A DNA stretch of 51,027 nucleotides from Candidatus Altiarchaeota archaeon (GCA_043813075.1 JBDRLL010000032.1:1-51027), one strand, 5' to 3'. Positions 17,094 through 28,213 are shown, counted from the first letter of the stretch. Numbers and translations: made by a program. The notes: a model not told the origin generated them from the sequence alone.

Positions 17094-17615
17094 ATGGCAA
17101 AAAAGAATGCAAAGAATCAGGTGACTGTGAGACAAAATCATATATTACTGGCGGTGGCATTAGTCGGGATAGCATTAGCCTACCTGGCGACATCATCCCC
17201 CGCAGGAGATGCCGGAGGCTACACAACACAGACTACTGTGAGACAGCCAGCTAATGCGGGTGAGAATCTTGACGATAGCGTAGTTAGGATACCCTTGTCT
17301 GAAGTGTCAACCCAGGTGAGGAAATACACGTATAGCCTCGGTCCCACAACCATAAGATACATCGTCGTTGAGGGTAGTGACGGCAAGCCGCGTGTAGCGT
17401 TCGACGCGTGTGAAGTGTGCGGTGGCAGTCTGGGATACAGGCAGGAAGGAACTGACGTTGCTTGCATAAAATGCGGGAGGAGATTCAGGATAGACGACTT
17501 GGGGGAGAAGAACATGGGCGGCGGATGCTGGCCAGCCCACCTGCCGCATTATATGGAAGACGGCAATATTGTAATAAGGAAATCCGACATAGAGTTTGGC
17601 GGGAGGTTTTTCTAG
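17094..17615 (+). CDS. DUF2318-family membrane-anchored putative Fe-S/metal-binding protein
   Basis: AFDACEVC...GYRQEG..VACIKCG...GGCWP. Confidence 0.85.
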   Translation: MAKKNAKNQVTVRQNHILLAVALVGIALAYLATSSPAGDAGGYTTQTTVRQPANAGENLDDSVVRIPLSEVSTQVRKYTYSLGPTTIRYIVVEGSDGKPRVAFDACEVCGGSLGYRQEGTDVACIKCGRRFRIDDLGEKNMGGGCWPAHLPHYMEDGNIVIRKSDIEFGGRFF

Positions 17616-17616
17616 G

Positions 17617-19794
17617 ATGAAGAAGACTACCTTGAAAGTCACGGGCATGCACTGCGCGAGCTGCTCAACCCTCATACAGAAGAAGCTGAACAAGACTGAT
17701 GGCGTGTTAAACGCTAACGTGAACCTTTCAGCAGAGAAGGCTCAGGTCGAATACGACGAGTCAAAAGTCGACACAACCAGTATCCTGGGGGTGGTGAAGA
17801 GCCTCGGCTATGACGCTAGGGTGTCCACTGAAGCCGACAAGAGTGTCGACGAACTGGAGAAGAAGAGGGAGATTGAGAAGTCCAGGAAAATGCTCTTGTT
17901 CAGCATAGCGCTCGCCATACCCGCATTCCTGCTGGGCATGGTTTTCATGCACTTCCCCCACAGGGTATACCTACTGTTCCTACTGGCGACTCCCATACAG
18001 TTCATAGCAGGATGGAGGTTCTACAAGGGTGCGTGGGCTGCTTTGAAGAACAAGACCAGCAACATGGACACGCTGATATCCGTTGGCACAAGTGCGGCAT
18101 ACTTCTACAGCCTAGCGGTCATGCTCATTGGAAATGCTGGAGAGCAGTACTTCGAGACGTCTGCCATGCTGATAACCCTTGTATTGGTCGGAAAGTACCT
18201 GGAGGACCGGGCTAAAGGCAGGACAGGGGAGGCAATACGGAAGCTTATGGACTTGAGCTCCAAGAACGCTACAGTCCTACGCGACGGAGTCGAGCAGGTG
18301 ATTCCAGCGGAAAAAGTCGTCGTCGGAGACATAATAATCGTCAAGCCGGGGGAGAAGATTCCGGTAGACGGCGTCATAGTGTCAGGCAGGTCGAGCGTCG
18401 ACGAATCCATGATAACAGGTGAAAGCATTCCAGTAGAGAAGAACGAGGGAGACAGCGTGATTGGCGCGACGATAAACAAGTCAGGCAGCTTCAAATTCAA
18501 GGCAACCAAGGTGGGGTCTGACACAACCCTCGCGCACATAATAAAACTCGTCGAAGACGCGCAGGGCTCCCGCGCACCGATACAGCGTTTCGCTGACGTC
18601 GTGTCAAGCTATTTCGTGCCAGCCATAATCCTCATCGCGATAACCGCATTCTCCCTATGGTATTTCATCCTAGGGCAGTCCTTCACGTTCGCGCTCGTCA
18701 TCGCCGTCTCGGTCCTAGTCATAGCATGCCCCTGTGCGCTGGGGCTCGCAACCCCGACCGCCATAATGGTGGGCATAGGCAAGGGTGCTGGGGAGGGCAT
18801 ACTCATCAAGGGCGGTGAGGCGTTGGAGACCGCCCACAAAGTCGATGCAGTAGTCTTTGACAAGACCGGCACACTCACCAAGGGAGAGCCAGAGGTCACT
18901 GACGTTATCGCGCTGGGGGAATTGAGTGACTCACAAGTCCTCTCCTACGCGGCGAGCCTAGAGAAGACCTCAGAACACCCGCTCGCCGAGGCGATACTGA
19001 AACACGCTAGCGCGAACAACATCGAGTTCTCTGACGCAACCGAATTCGACTCTCCAGGACACGGCGTCACCGGACTGGTTGACGGCAGGAGGATACTGAT
19101 GGGGAGCAGGAGATTCATGAGCGAACACAACATTGATATCACCGGATACGAGTCCCAGATACACTCCCTCGAGGATGAGGGGAAGACTGTTGTCGCACTG
19201 TCCGTCGACTCTACTCTAGCCGGATTGATTGCGCTGGCGGACACGCTAAAGGATTCCTCCAAGCATGCCGTCGACAGGCTAAGGAAGATGGGTGTTGAAG
19301 TCTACATGATAACCGGCGACAACACGCGCACCGCAAAGGCTGTGGCAGAAAAGCTTGGCATAGAGAACGTATTCGCTGAAGTTGTTCCAGAAGACAAGGT
19401 CACCTACGTGAAAAAACTCCAGGAAGACGGCAAGATCGTTGCGATGACCGGCGACGGGATAAACGACGCGCCCGCGCTAGCCCAGGCGGACGTCGGGATA
19501 GTCATGGCGTCCGGAACGGACGTCGCAATGGAGAGCGGCCAGATAGTATTGATGAAGGATGATCCCCTGGATGTTGTCAAGGCCGCCAGACTGAGCAGGT
19601 TCACCATGAGCAAGATACGGCAGAACATGTTCTGGGCCTTGTTCTACAATGCCCTCGGCATACCCATTGCGGCTGGGGTGGTGTACCCGTTCACCGGCTG
19701 GCTTCTGAGCCCCATAATGGCTGGCGCAGCCATGGCATTCAGCTCTGTGAGCGTGGTCACGAACTCGCTTCTCCTGAAGTCCAAGAAGCTTTGA
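17617..19794 (+). CDS. copA: Cu(I)-exporting P1B-1 ATPase
   Basis: [40 protein letters not shown] and MAFSS. Confidence 0.95.
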   Translation: MKKTTLKVTGMHCASCSTLIQKKLNKTDGVLNANVNLSAEKAQVEYDESKVDTTSILGVVKSLGYDARVSTEADKSVDELEKKREIEKSRKMLLFSIALAIPAFLLGMVFMHFPHRVYLLFLLATPIQFIAGWRFYKGAWAALKNKTSNMDTLISVGTSAAYFYSLAVMLIGNAGEQYFETSAMLITLVLVGKYLEDRAKGRTGEAIRKLMDLSSKNATVLRDGVEQVIPAEKVVVGDIIIVKPGEKIPVDGVIVSGRSSVDESMITGESIPVEKNEGDSVIGATINKSGSFKFKATKVGSDTTLAHIIKLVEDAQGSRAPIQRFADVVSSYFVPAIILIAITAFSLWYFILGQSFTFALVIAVSVLVIACPCALGLATPTAIMVGIGKGAGEGILIKGGEALETAHKVDAVVFDKTGTLTKGEPEVTDVIALGELSDSQVLSYAASLEKTSEHPLAEAILKHASANNIEFSDATEFDSPGHGVTGLVDGRRILMGSRRFMSEHNIDITGYESQIHSLEDEGKTVVALSVDSTLAGLIALADTLKDSSKHAVDRLRKMGVEVYMITGDNTRTAKAVAEKLGIENVFAEVVPEDKVTYVKKLQEDGKIVAMTGDGINDAPALAQADVGIVMASGTDVAMESGQIVLMKDDPLDVVKAARLSRFTMSKIRQNMFWALFYNALGIPIAAGVVYPFTGWLLSPIMAGAAMAFSSVSVVTNSLLLKSKKL

Positions 19795-19831
19795 TTTATT
19801 ACCCCAATGAAATAATTTACCTGGAGTAGGG

Positions 19832-20002
19832 ATGGACTTGTACTACGACCGTGAATCCGGGAATTACGTGATAAAGGACGGGAGCAACGTCATCATCCTG
19901 TCTGAAAAGGATTTTGACGACATGAAGCGGGACGGCAGAAGCCCGCTGCTGAAGAAGCTATGGGATTCCGCCAAGAAGCAGAAGAATCAGCCCAACCCGT
20001 GA
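19832..20002 (+). CDS. Small hypothetical protein (56 aa), absent from the ORF track
   Basis: MDLYYDRESGNYVIKDGSNVIILSEKDFDDMKRDGRSPLLKKLWDSAKKQKNQPNP*; GGAG upstream; fills the gap after copA. Confidence 0.55.
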   Translation: MDLYYDRESGNYVIKDGSNVIILSEKDFDDMKRDGRSPLLKKLWDSAKKQKNQPNP

Positions 20003-20613
20003 ACCAGCCTTATGAACTCCTTCCTGGACTCTTCATCCAGCTCGATCACCCTGCCGTGGCCTGGGATTATGACGTCCGCCTCCTCCAGTATCCTCAACGC
20101 GCTTTCCTTGAACTTCCCTATGCTACTGTTGGTCTTCGGGACTCCCCCCTCCCTCAAGTCCTTCTCATAGAACGCGTCGCCGGCCATAACGTACCTCCTA
20201 TCCGATTCCGCTATCACTGAAATATGCTCTGGGACGTGGCCTGGAGTCCTTATTATCCTGACTCCATCCATCCCATCAACCTCATCCTCCCATGAGCCAT
20301 GGTTCGTGTTCACGCCAGGCATCCACGTGGACTCGCCTATGATAATCCTGGCTTTACTGAACAAGTGGTTGTTGGAGGTGTGGTCCGGATGCCAGTGCGT
20401 GTTGATGACATAGTCTACGTCGTAAGGCTCTAGACCCTGCGCCGACAATCCCTCAAGAATAATATTCGCATCGCCCCTGCAGGCGGTGTCGACGATGATG
20501 TTAACGTTAGTCCTTATCAGAGTGACGCTGGATGAGACAGGTTCACGGTGGACAATCTTACCCCGCAACTCACGGTTCTTAACGCCCTCCTTAATGACTA
20601 CTACCCTTATCAT
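19987..20613 (-). CDS. Metallo-beta-lactamase-fold hydrolase (start at the ATG at 20613)
   Basis: THWHPDH, TPGH, AGDA, IPGHG; ATGA overlap with the apgM stop. Confidence 0.88.
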   Translation of the reverse strand: MIRVVVIKEGVKNRELRGKIVHREPVSSSVTLIRTNVNIIVDTACRGDANIILEGLSAQGLEPYDVDYVINTHWHPDHTSNNHLFSKARIIIGESTWMPGVNTNHGSWEDEVDGMDGVRIIRTPGHVPEHISVIAESDRRYVMAGDAFYEKDLREGGVPKTNSSIGKFKESALRILEEADVIIPGHGRVIELDEESRKEFIRLVHGLG

Positions 20614-21830
20614 GCCCCATAGATGTGGCTTCTCGCCGTCTGGCTCATCAGCTCCGCCATCAGGGTTATGCCCTGGATGCGGTGTATTATGCCCTTCCCG
20701 CACGGCCTCTCGCCGAACTCTGTCACATCGTCAACCCGCACGTCAGGACCCCATATCAGCAGTGGCACAGGATCCCCGGAATGGTTTTTGATGGAGCATG
20801 GCGTGCTGTGGTCTGCGGTTATTGCGACGACAGTGTCAGTCAGGCCTAGTAGTGGCGCCAAAGCCTCGTCAATCTTCTCGATGAACCCCTTCTTACCTAC
20901 CGCGTCGCCGTCGTGGCCAAACACGTCCGTCGCCTTCACGTGCATGAACACGTAGTCATAGTCGCCTTCAAGAAGCTCCATAGCCTTGCTGACCTTCGCC
21001 TTCACGTCGGTATCCTTCTTGCCGGTAGCCCCCTTAGGATGGTACAAGTCCATGCCGACTACCTTAGCTACTCCCTTGTATAATCCAGCGCCCGCGACGC
21101 ACGCTGCCTTTACGTCAAACCGCTCCTTCATCGAGGGCACCTGGCCGAGGGCTCCCGGACCACGCTCCAGCAGGAAGTTGGCTTCAGGCAGTCCCGCATC
21201 CTTCCTCTCCTGGTTGATGGGATGGTCCTTCAGCAGCTCGTGCGACTTCGCGAGGAACCTGTTCATCGCGTCCGCAGTCTTCTTCGCCTGCGGTGAATCA
21301 TCCAAAGGCTCCACCTTCAGCACCTTCGCGCCAGCCTCATGGCTGTCGCAGTCAGAGATGCAGTAGCTCAAGTCCTTCCCACGCATAACGAGTCCGGCAC
21401 GGTATCCCGTACCAGCCTTAACCATGAATTTTATGCCGTCAACCTCCATGCCGTCCACAGCCTTGCATAACTCTGTGACGTCGTCGATCCTGCCGGCACG
21501 CCGGTCAGCCACCACCATGTCATTGTCGACGGTACCGAAGTTCACCCTGAACGCGATGTCACCGGGCTTCAACTCCATGCCAATCCCAGCAGCCTCGAAA
21601 GGACCGCGTCCGGAATAGTATTTCTCAGGCTCGTATCCGAACAAAGCCAGGTGCGATGTGTCGCTGCCAGGCCTCACGCCAGCACTTATCGTGTCCATCA
21701 GTCCATTCATGCCCTGGGCAGCCAGCTTGTCCATGTTAGGGGTCTTAGCGGCCTCCAGTGGTGTCTTCCCGCCTAGTTCCTTGCAGGGGCGGTCCCCCAT
21801 CCCGTCGCACACTATGAGCAGCATCTTCAT
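20610..21830 (-). CDS. apgM: 2,3-bisphosphoglycerate-independent phosphoglycerate mutase, archaeal type
   Basis: DGMGDRP, TPLEAAKTPNMD, PGSDTSHL, GRGPFEAAG, TDVFGHDG, TADHSTP. Confidence 0.95.
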   Translation of the reverse strand: MKMLLIVCDGMGDRPCKELGGKTPLEAAKTPNMDKLAAQGMNGLMDTISAGVRPGSDTSHLALFGYEPEKYYSGRGPFEAAGIGMELKPGDIAFRVNFGTVDNDMVVADRRAGRIDDVTELCKAVDGMEVDGIKFMVKAGTGYRAGLVMRGKDLSYCISDCDSHEAGAKVLKVEPLDDSPQAKKTADAMNRFLAKSHELLKDHPINQERKDAGLPEANFLLERGPGALGQVPSMKERFDVKAACVAGAGLYKGVAKVVGMDLYHPKGATGKKDTDVKAKVSKAMELLEGDYDYVFMHVKATDVFGHDGDAVGKKGFIEKIDEALAPLLGLTDTVVAITADHSTPCSIKNHSGDPVPLLIWGPDVRVDDVTEFGERPCGKGIIHRIQGITLMAELMSQTARSHIYGA

Positions 21831-21911
21831 AACACATCACCCTATTGGAGTGTACATTCTATGTGAATACCCGGTAAAAAGCTTTTACCCTCCTGATTCC
21901 CTATTTTCTCT

Positions 21912-23612
21912 ATGGGACGGACCATCCGGAGGGCCAGTGCTGCTGAACGCATGATTGACTCGGAAATATCTGACCCCCAGCTGATAGACCGCCGCCGCTT
22001 CATACGCGAGCGTGATGAACGGCGCGTACAACAGTCCGAGCGCGAAGGCATGAAGGCCGAGTTGAAGGGCGCCCCACAGGAAGTTCAGCTTCGGCTGGAC
22101 AGCATCGGAGTCGTCGGCTTTGAACGCGCATTCAACCTAGTCCGATCCTCTCGGGTGGGCAGGCACGCCCAGCTTGAAAGCCTGACTAGGATATACGAGG
22201 AGGGGGGTTCTGACGTGAGAGACCGGATTGAAGCGGAGTTGAACACGGTTGGCGCTGACATCGGGAAGTGGAAGCGTGGCGAACCAATGCGCAAGAACCC
22301 GGAACTCCTCCTTCAGAAGGAGAGGATACTCAAAGGCCTTCGTGATGCCGGCGCCCGGCCGCTCGTAGTCCCAGAGTTCATCGGCGCATGCGCCATGCGC
22401 TATGGGACAGAGCCATACGAGTACGAGCGCAGGGCTGACGGCCCGGTAGTCACCGACTCACGAGGCAACCCTGTCATAATATATGAGACCGATTCCAGCG
22501 GCCAGGTGATTAAGGAGGCTTACGGGAGGGACAAGCCCCGGAGGACGGACTTGCTCAACGCATTCAACGCTGCTGTGACACTACCCCAGGAAGTCATAAG
22601 CGGTTCAGTCAAATCATGGGCTGACGTCATAACCCAGAACTGCCTCACCGACGTTCACCGGCTTCTGCTTGAAAGGCCTCAGGGAGGTCCGTGGACCACC
22701 GCCGAGATAGCCGAGGAACTCGACTACTTCCATAGGTTCGATAAGGACCCTGGGTCAGGGAAAGACAGGCAGTACGTGCTCGGCCTGGTGGGCAGGGCGT
22801 GCGGGGTGCTCGAGTGGATGGGGCTCGTCGACAGGTATCCCCAGGACTCCATGATGGGTGCGGAAGTCTCCAACAGATACATACACGCGGCACACTATTA
22901 TACTTACGGAGGACTTCCCAACGACAACGTGGACTTCTGGATCCTCCGTAAGCTGCACGAAGACGGCCCCCAATCCACGTCGTCGCTATTCCACACCACC
23001 CGGAAGGCTGGCAGAGTATACGGCCGGCAGTGGGCTCCATTCAACGAGGGCGCGGTGAATCTTGGTCTTGTGAGGATGGCGACTGACGGCCTCATCAGAG
23101 TCGAGGGTGTGGGAAGCCAGACCGCCCGCCTCACTCCGGCGGGAATCAGGGCGATGAAGGCTCAGGAGGATGCTGAACAGCAGGCTGCTGAAGCGGGCGT
23201 ATCACCCTACCTTGATAGAGGCCTGTGCAGGCTCATACTCGGCACTCACCGTGAAGGATTGAACGCACGCCAGCTGAGGAGATACAACCAGATGATCAAG
23301 GCAGTCACCATCGGCCGCATGCTCGATGACGGCATAGAGAAGCCAGCAGTACTCCGGGAGATGAACCCTGAGTTAAGGGCTCCAGGCCTGTCGAGGACCA
23401 GGAGGTATGAGAGCGAGTGGGCCTACATATGCCAGGTCGAGAACGGCACTTACCCGTGGAGCAGCATAGACCCGCGCGAGACAGAGCGCGTGTACCTGCC
23501 TGCATTAAACCGCGCTGAAGCTGACGGGCTTATACCCGAGGGACACACCCAATGGTTCATACAACACGCGATACAAGGTAACACAATCCAAGATGCCGCA
23601 GCCAAACATTGA
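21912..23612 (+). CDS. Hypothetical protein (566 aa), possible winged-helix domains
   Basis: Long open frame; wHTH-like segments PWTTAEIAEEL...LEWMGLV and ILRKLHEDGP...DGLI...RLTPAG. Confidence 0.6.
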   Translation: MGRTIRRASAAERMIDSEISDPQLIDRRRFIRERDERRVQQSEREGMKAELKGAPQEVQLRLDSIGVVGFERAFNLVRSSRVGRHAQLESLTRIYEEGGSDVRDRIEAELNTVGADIGKWKRGEPMRKNPELLLQKERILKGLRDAGARPLVVPEFIGACAMRYGTEPYEYERRADGPVVTDSRGNPVIIYETDSSGQVIKEAYGRDKPRRTDLLNAFNAAVTLPQEVISGSVKSWADVITQNCLTDVHRLLLERPQGGPWTTAEIAEELDYFHRFDKDPGSGKDRQYVLGLVGRACGVLEWMGLVDRYPQDSMMGAEVSNRYIHAAHYYTYGGLPNDNVDFWILRKLHEDGPQSTSSLFHTTRKAGRVYGRQWAPFNEGAVNLGLVRMATDGLIRVEGVGSQTARLTPAGIRAMKAQEDAEQQAAEAGVSPYLDRGLCRLILGTHREGLNARQLRRYNQMIKAVTIGRMLDDGIEKPAVLREMNPELRAPGLSRTRRYESEWAYICQVENGTYPWSSIDPRETERVYLPALNRAEADGLIPEGHTQWFIQHAIQGNTIQDAAAKH

Positions 23613-25788
23613 TATACGGAGGGTTAACCCCCAGGCAGACTCCACAGTACTACAGCAGATAGACTGTCTCGGAATATTCGGCCAGCCCAGCGAACGGATA
23701 CAGGAGAACCGGATGCATGCGCATGAGGCATCGCCGAACGCGAGGCGCCTGATATTCCACCAACCAGAATCGATTCTCCCTGACGAGGATATAATGGAGT
23801 TGGGCAGGCATGGTCTCGGCGGGTTCACCATGCGAGACAACCATTTTCACGCTGCGGGATACGTCATGCCATTGGCTTGCAGGGACTTCCGGTTCCTGCG
23901 TTGCAGGGGGAAAAAATGGGAGATGGCGTCAGGCGGCAATGGACTCTTCCAGCCTTTTATTGAAGACGAGGATAGCATAGTCCTCCCACTGATGGGAGGC
24001 ATACACGTCAACGGGGAGGACATCACGCAGGACCCTGAGAAGATGCGGAAACTGGGTTTCGAGATCATCCGGGAGCCTGACGGCAGTGAAGCCACCCACC
24101 CCGGATTCAGTGTCGGAGGCAGAAGCCTTCTCCTTCCCGCAAAGATTAAGATACCAGCATTCAAGACCCATGACGGCGGGTGGGCTTGCGTCGGCCTAGA
24201 CCGTCTGAAGGGTATAGTCAAAATCAACAGCGGTCCGGGGGCAGCCCAGCAGTTCGAGCAGGCTATTGAACAGCATATGAGGGCTGCGTGGCAGCAGGAT
24301 AATGAGGGATTGGACTGGGATACCTACAGGAGGCGGAGGATTGAGACTTCAATGTTCAAAAGTGTCGTATCGGCATTAAGCAGTGAACCTAATGCTCCCG
24401 CAAAAATGTTTGAGGGTATTGCAGTACAGTTCAAGGGTGTGGGCGTCATGAAGTATGTGTACCACGCCAACCGCCAGAATGATGATGGGACGGTGGACCT
24501 GCAGTTGGGTGACGTGATACTCGAGACCGGGGACGCGAGGGAACAGCGTGTGACGTCCGACAAGGGCGTCGCCTTCTGCCAGCGACCGGAGTATGCGGGC
24601 AAGTCGGGCATACTCCTTGACGTACACCACGAGTTCTTCGACAAGAGTCCGACGGGCGGAATCTATTCGGAGGAGAAGGGTATTGAACGCGACCACAACC
24701 TGTGGGCTGAGGGCGCAGAGATGTCTGGCATACTAATGGGGTACGTGCCATTCCTGAGCAAAGTGGATGTTGATGCCGCATGCGGCGGGCCCACCAGGAT
24801 GGTGTGCGAGCAGACCATAATGGCTGTGAGGGTGATCCTCGACCACACGCTACGGCTGAAGTCATTGTGCAGGGGAGGCAGTCCAGGCCAGCCAACCCAC
24901 GAGTTCAAGGAGTTCATCAAGCAGGAGAACGTGATTGCGTCAGGCGACCCGAACGCCGACTACAGTGAGGAAGGCAAGGGACTTTATCTAGCCCGGCTCA
25001 ACAGGACTGTGGGAAAGAACCTTGGGATATGCCTCGGCCAGGGGCTGACTGTGATGATGGAGCAGGATACTGAAGACAACATGAGCGTCTACGGCGGCAT
25101 CATCGACTCCCAGAGCTTCATAGACGTGAAGAACCGATATCAGTGCCGGCCGCTGGTGGTCAAGTGGCTTGGCAACATGACTGGCATTGCTGCCAGCGCT
25201 GGAATGTCTGAGGACGAGTATTACTCTGGAAGGCATTTCGAGGAGCTGGCTGAAGGCATGCTTGGGGCGGCAACGGCACGCGCTGTTGTCGAGCGTGTCA
25301 GGAGCCCGCGCGGCAGGCTGGCCCGCATCAGCACTGAAGCCCGGGCTTCCATAGAGCTTACGAAAGCGTTTGTGAGAAAGCAGATGCGTGAGGACGGCAA
25401 GCAGGTTCCTGAAAGCTATCTGATTGGGCGTCTCGAAAGGGACCGGCAGCTGCAGAGGATTGCGGGCATCGGCGGACTCCGCGCCAGAGACATGAAGCGG
25501 GAGCTGGACGCTCACGGGAGAATCAGGATACAATATGAAGGCCTGCCCGGCATAATGGGGCAGAAGGAATTCACTAGGGAACAGTTGCACAGGCTGCTTG
25601 AAGACGCCCTCATAGAGGAGGAGATCCTGCTGGACGAGCCGAGGATGAAGTACAACCTAGACCAGTCGCTGCGGCCAGACAGGGAGATAATCCCAGAAGA
25701 GGATATCTCCCGCGGTGGGGGCGGAGCCTCCAGTGGGCGTAGGGACAAGCCTAAGAAGAAAAAGAAGCCTAAGCGACGGAGGAGGTAG
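23593..25788 (+). CDS. Hypothetical protein (731 aa), possible SelO-like kinase-fold domain
   Basis: VQFKGVG and EDNMSVYGGIID motifs; basic C-terminal tail. Confidence 0.6.
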   Translation: MPQPNIDIRRVNPQADSTVLQQIDCLGIFGQPSERIQENRMHAHEASPNARRLIFHQPESILPDEDIMELGRHGLGGFTMRDNHFHAAGYVMPLACRDFRFLRCRGKKWEMASGGNGLFQPFIEDEDSIVLPLMGGIHVNGEDITQDPEKMRKLGFEIIREPDGSEATHPGFSVGGRSLLLPAKIKIPAFKTHDGGWACVGLDRLKGIVKINSGPGAAQQFEQAIEQHMRAAWQQDNEGLDWDTYRRRRIETSMFKSVVSALSSEPNAPAKMFEGIAVQFKGVGVMKYVYHANRQNDDGTVDLQLGDVILETGDAREQRVTSDKGVAFCQRPEYAGKSGILLDVHHEFFDKSPTGGIYSEEKGIERDHNLWAEGAEMSGILMGYVPFLSKVDVDAACGGPTRMVCEQTIMAVRVILDHTLRLKSLCRGGSPGQPTHEFKEFIKQENVIASGDPNADYSEEGKGLYLARLNRTVGKNLGICLGQGLTVMMEQDTEDNMSVYGGIIDSQSFIDVKNRYQCRPLVVKWLGNMTGIAASAGMSEDEYYSGRHFEELAEGMLGAATARAVVERVRSPRGRLARISTEARASIELTKAFVRKQMREDGKQVPESYLIGRLERDRQLQRIAGIGGLRARDMKRELDAHGRIRIQYEGLPGIMGQKEFTREQLHRLLEDALIEEEILLDEPRMKYNLDQSLRPDREIIPEEDISRGGGGASSGRRDKPKKKKKPKRRRR

Positions 25789-25790
25789 CG

Positions 25791-27440
25791 TTATTCTAAT
25801 ACCGCTCCTTTGTCTGCGCTCGACACCATCCTACTGTATCTGAGGAGCCACCCCTTCGCCTTGGTCTTACGGATTTTGCAGGTTTTTTCCCTGGACTCCA
25901 TCTCCTTCTCTGACACCAGCAGGTCGAGCCTCCTGCCGGGGATGTCTATCCGTATCCTGTCGCCTTCCCGTATGTATGCTATCGGACCGCATGCCGCGGC
26001 CTCCGGACTTATGTGGCCTATGCACGGCCCCCGTGTTCCGCCGCTGAATCTGCCGTCTGTTATGAGTCCGACGGTCTCGCTCAATCCCATGCCCGCTATC
26101 GCTGCTGTGGGGCTCAGCATCTCCCGCATGCCAGGTCCTCCGGCAGGGCCCTCATACCTCACGACCACAATATCCCCTGGCTTGATTTTCCTGGCGAGTA
26201 TGGCCTTCATCGCGTCCTCCTCCAGGTCGAATACCCTGGCCTTACCAGTCATCTTCATGGCCTTCGGGGAGACTGCGCTCTGCTTTACTACCGCTCCGTC
26301 GGGCGCGAGATTGCCTTTGAGTATCGCCATCCCCCCCTGCTTGTGGTATGCATTGGACGGCGGCCTTATGACGTCTTCATCATGGATGACCGCCTCTGAG
26401 GCTATCTTCTTTATGTTTTTCCCAGAGCATGTCTGGTTAGGCCTTATCTTGCCTGAAAGCCTCTTCAACACCCCCGGTATTCCGCCCGCACGGTCCAAGT
26501 CTTCCATGAACGACTCTCCGCCGGGCCGCATGTTGCATATGTGCGGCGTCTTCCTGCTGACCTTGTCGAATAATTCGATGTTGAATGGGATTCCCGCCTC
26601 GTAGGCTATCGCGGGAAGGTGGAGTACGGTGTTGGTGCTCCCACCCAAAGCGTTATCAACAACTATCGCATTGTATACTGAATTTTTTGTGATGATTTTT
26701 CGCGTCGTCAGATCTTTCTTCACCAGTTCTACAATCCGTTCACCGGATTTGAATGCGATCCTCTTCTTCCGGGCTGAGTTCGCCAGCGCGGTCCCGCAGC
26801 CTGGCAGAGACATGCCCATCGCCTCAGTCAGGCACGCCATAGTGTTCGCAGTGTACATTCCCTGGCAGCTTCCTGCGCCGGGGCACGCCTCGCACACGTA
26901 GGCCTCCAGCTCGTCGGCCTTAAGCTTCCCTGCCTGGTACTGGCCGACAGCCTCGAACGTGTCGCGCACGAGGCTGAGCCTCTTGTTGTTCAAGTAGCCT
27001 CCCAGCATGGGTCCCGCAGTGACCACTATCGCGGGAATGTCAAGGCGTCCGGCTGCCATCAGCATTCCGGGAGTTATCTTATCGCAGTTGGTTAGGAGCA
27101 CAAGCCCGTCGAGCGCGTGTGCGCCAGCCATAGACTCGACTTCATCAGCAATAAGTTCTCGTGAAGGGAGGCTGTAGCGCATCCCGTAGTGACCCATGGC
27201 TATGCCGTCGCATATCGCGGGCACCCCGAATATGAACGGTTTTCCGCCGGCAGAGTACACGCCGTTCTCGATGAATCGTTCCAGCTGCCGCATGTCAACG
27301 TGGCCTGGCACGATGTCAGTGTATGCTGACGCAATCCCGATGAACGGCTTGTTGAAGTCCTCCTTGCTGGCGCCGGTGGCGTAAAGCAGAGACCTGTTTG
27401 GCGCGCGTTCAACACCCTTCTTTATCTTGTTGCTCCTCAT
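25791..27440 (-). CDS. ilvD: Dihydroxy-acid dehydratase
   Basis: [53 protein letters not shown]. Confidence 0.97.
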   Translation of the reverse strand: MRSNKIKKGVERAPNRSLLYATGASKEDFNKPFIGIASAYTDIVPGHVDMRQLERFIENGVYSAGGKPFIFGVPAICDGIAMGHYGMRYSLPSRELIADEVESMAGAHALDGLVLLTNCDKITPGMLMAAGRLDIPAIVVTAGPMLGGYLNNKRLSLVRDTFEAVGQYQAGKLKADELEAYVCEACPGAGSCQGMYTANTMACLTEAMGMSLPGCGTALANSARKKRIAFKSGERIVELVKKDLTTRKIITKNSVYNAIVVDNALGGSTNTVLHLPAIAYEAGIPFNIELFDKVSRKTPHICNMRPGGESFMEDLDRAGGIPGVLKRLSGKIRPNQTCSGKNIKKIASEAVIHDEDVIRPPSNAYHKQGGMAILKGNLAPDGAVVKQSAVSPKAMKMTGKARVFDLEEDAMKAILARKIKPGDIVVVRYEGPAGGPGMREMLSPTAAIAGMGLSETVGLITDGRFSGGTRGPCIGHISPEAAACGPIAYIREGDRIRIDIPGRRLDLLVSEKEMESREKTCKIRKTKAKGWLLRYSRMVSSADKGAVLE

Positions 27441-27484
27441 GGTCAAGAAACTATTATATGCTATTGAATAAAAAGAAATCCTGT

Positions 27485-27907
27485 CTAAGCCCTTTTCTCC
27501 ATCATGGCGTCGAACTTCCTGCCGACCCTTATCACTCTTTCACCGAACATCTTCGGCCCGTCCATTGCCATGTCAGCAAGGCATGAGAGTGTTGCGGCGT
27601 ATGTCTCCTCCCCACCCCTCATTCCAGCATCCAGTATCTTAGCGACATTATGCATTGTAAGGCAGTTCCTGCTGTGTGGCTTGTCCGCTTCCCTCGCATT
27701 TATCATCACAACTTCCGTCCATCTCCTCGACGGCTCTGAAAAACCCTTTATGCCTTCAAGTATACTCCTGAATCCTATGTCCTTTAGGGCTGCGAAGGTT
27801 AGTGTCTCAGCTAGATCCTGTTCATGCCTCTCCCTGTCCATCTCTGTCGTGAATTTTATCACCGGGAGCCCATTAAAGCCCCCGGCCTGCCCGTGTATCG
27901 TGTTCAT
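27485..27907 (-). CDS. Hypothetical protein (140 aa)
   Basis: ATG-initiated ORF downstream of an AT-rich promoter-like region; no motif recognised. Confidence 0.55.
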   Translation of the reverse strand: MNTIHGQAGGFNGLPVIKFTTEMDRERHEQDLAETLTFAALKDIGFRSILEGIKGFSEPSRRWTEVVMINAREADKPHSRNCLTMHNVAKILDAGMRGGEETYAATLSCLADMAMDGPKMFGERVIRVGRKFDAMMEKRA

Positions 27908-27990
27908 TGTATACTCTATTTGATGGTAGAATACATTATATACGCAAATATCTTATATTATATAATTAAAGTCTTTAAAATATAAATAGA

Positions 27991-28013
27991 GGACGCATTT
28001 TGGTTGCGCGTCC
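27991..28013 (-). terminator. Hairpin downstream of the 62-aa gene
   Basis: GGACGC ... GCGTCC inverted repeat followed by T-rich sequence on the minus strand. Confidence 0.35.
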
Positions 28014-28024
28014 ACCAACCCCTT

Positions 28025-28213
28025 CTACTCCTCCTTCTTAATGTTCTTCGGTCTCTGGAGGATTATCTTCCCGTTAACTGGCACAGCGTCCATTAGGACT
28101 GTTATGGTCTCGTTGCCTTCGAAGGCTACGCCTATGTTGGTCCAACGGTCTTTGCCTGTTTCCGGGTCGCTCATCACCGTGCTGGCACGGTAGTCCGGCA
28201 TCTGTCCTTTCAT
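28025..28213 (-). CDS. Small beta-rich protein (62 aa), DUF736-like; possibly nucleic-acid binding
   Basis: RWTNIGVAF...ITVLMDAVPVNGKIILQRP; SD AGGTGG. Confidence 0.65.
   Translation of the reverse strand: MKGQMPDYRASTVMSDPETGKDRWTNIGVAFEGNETITVLMDAVPVNGKIILQRPKNIKKEE

Noticed and set aside
20614-20703. N-terminal extension of the MBL hydrolase
   Set aside because: Lies inside apgM; the ATGA coupling at 20610-20613 marks the likely start.
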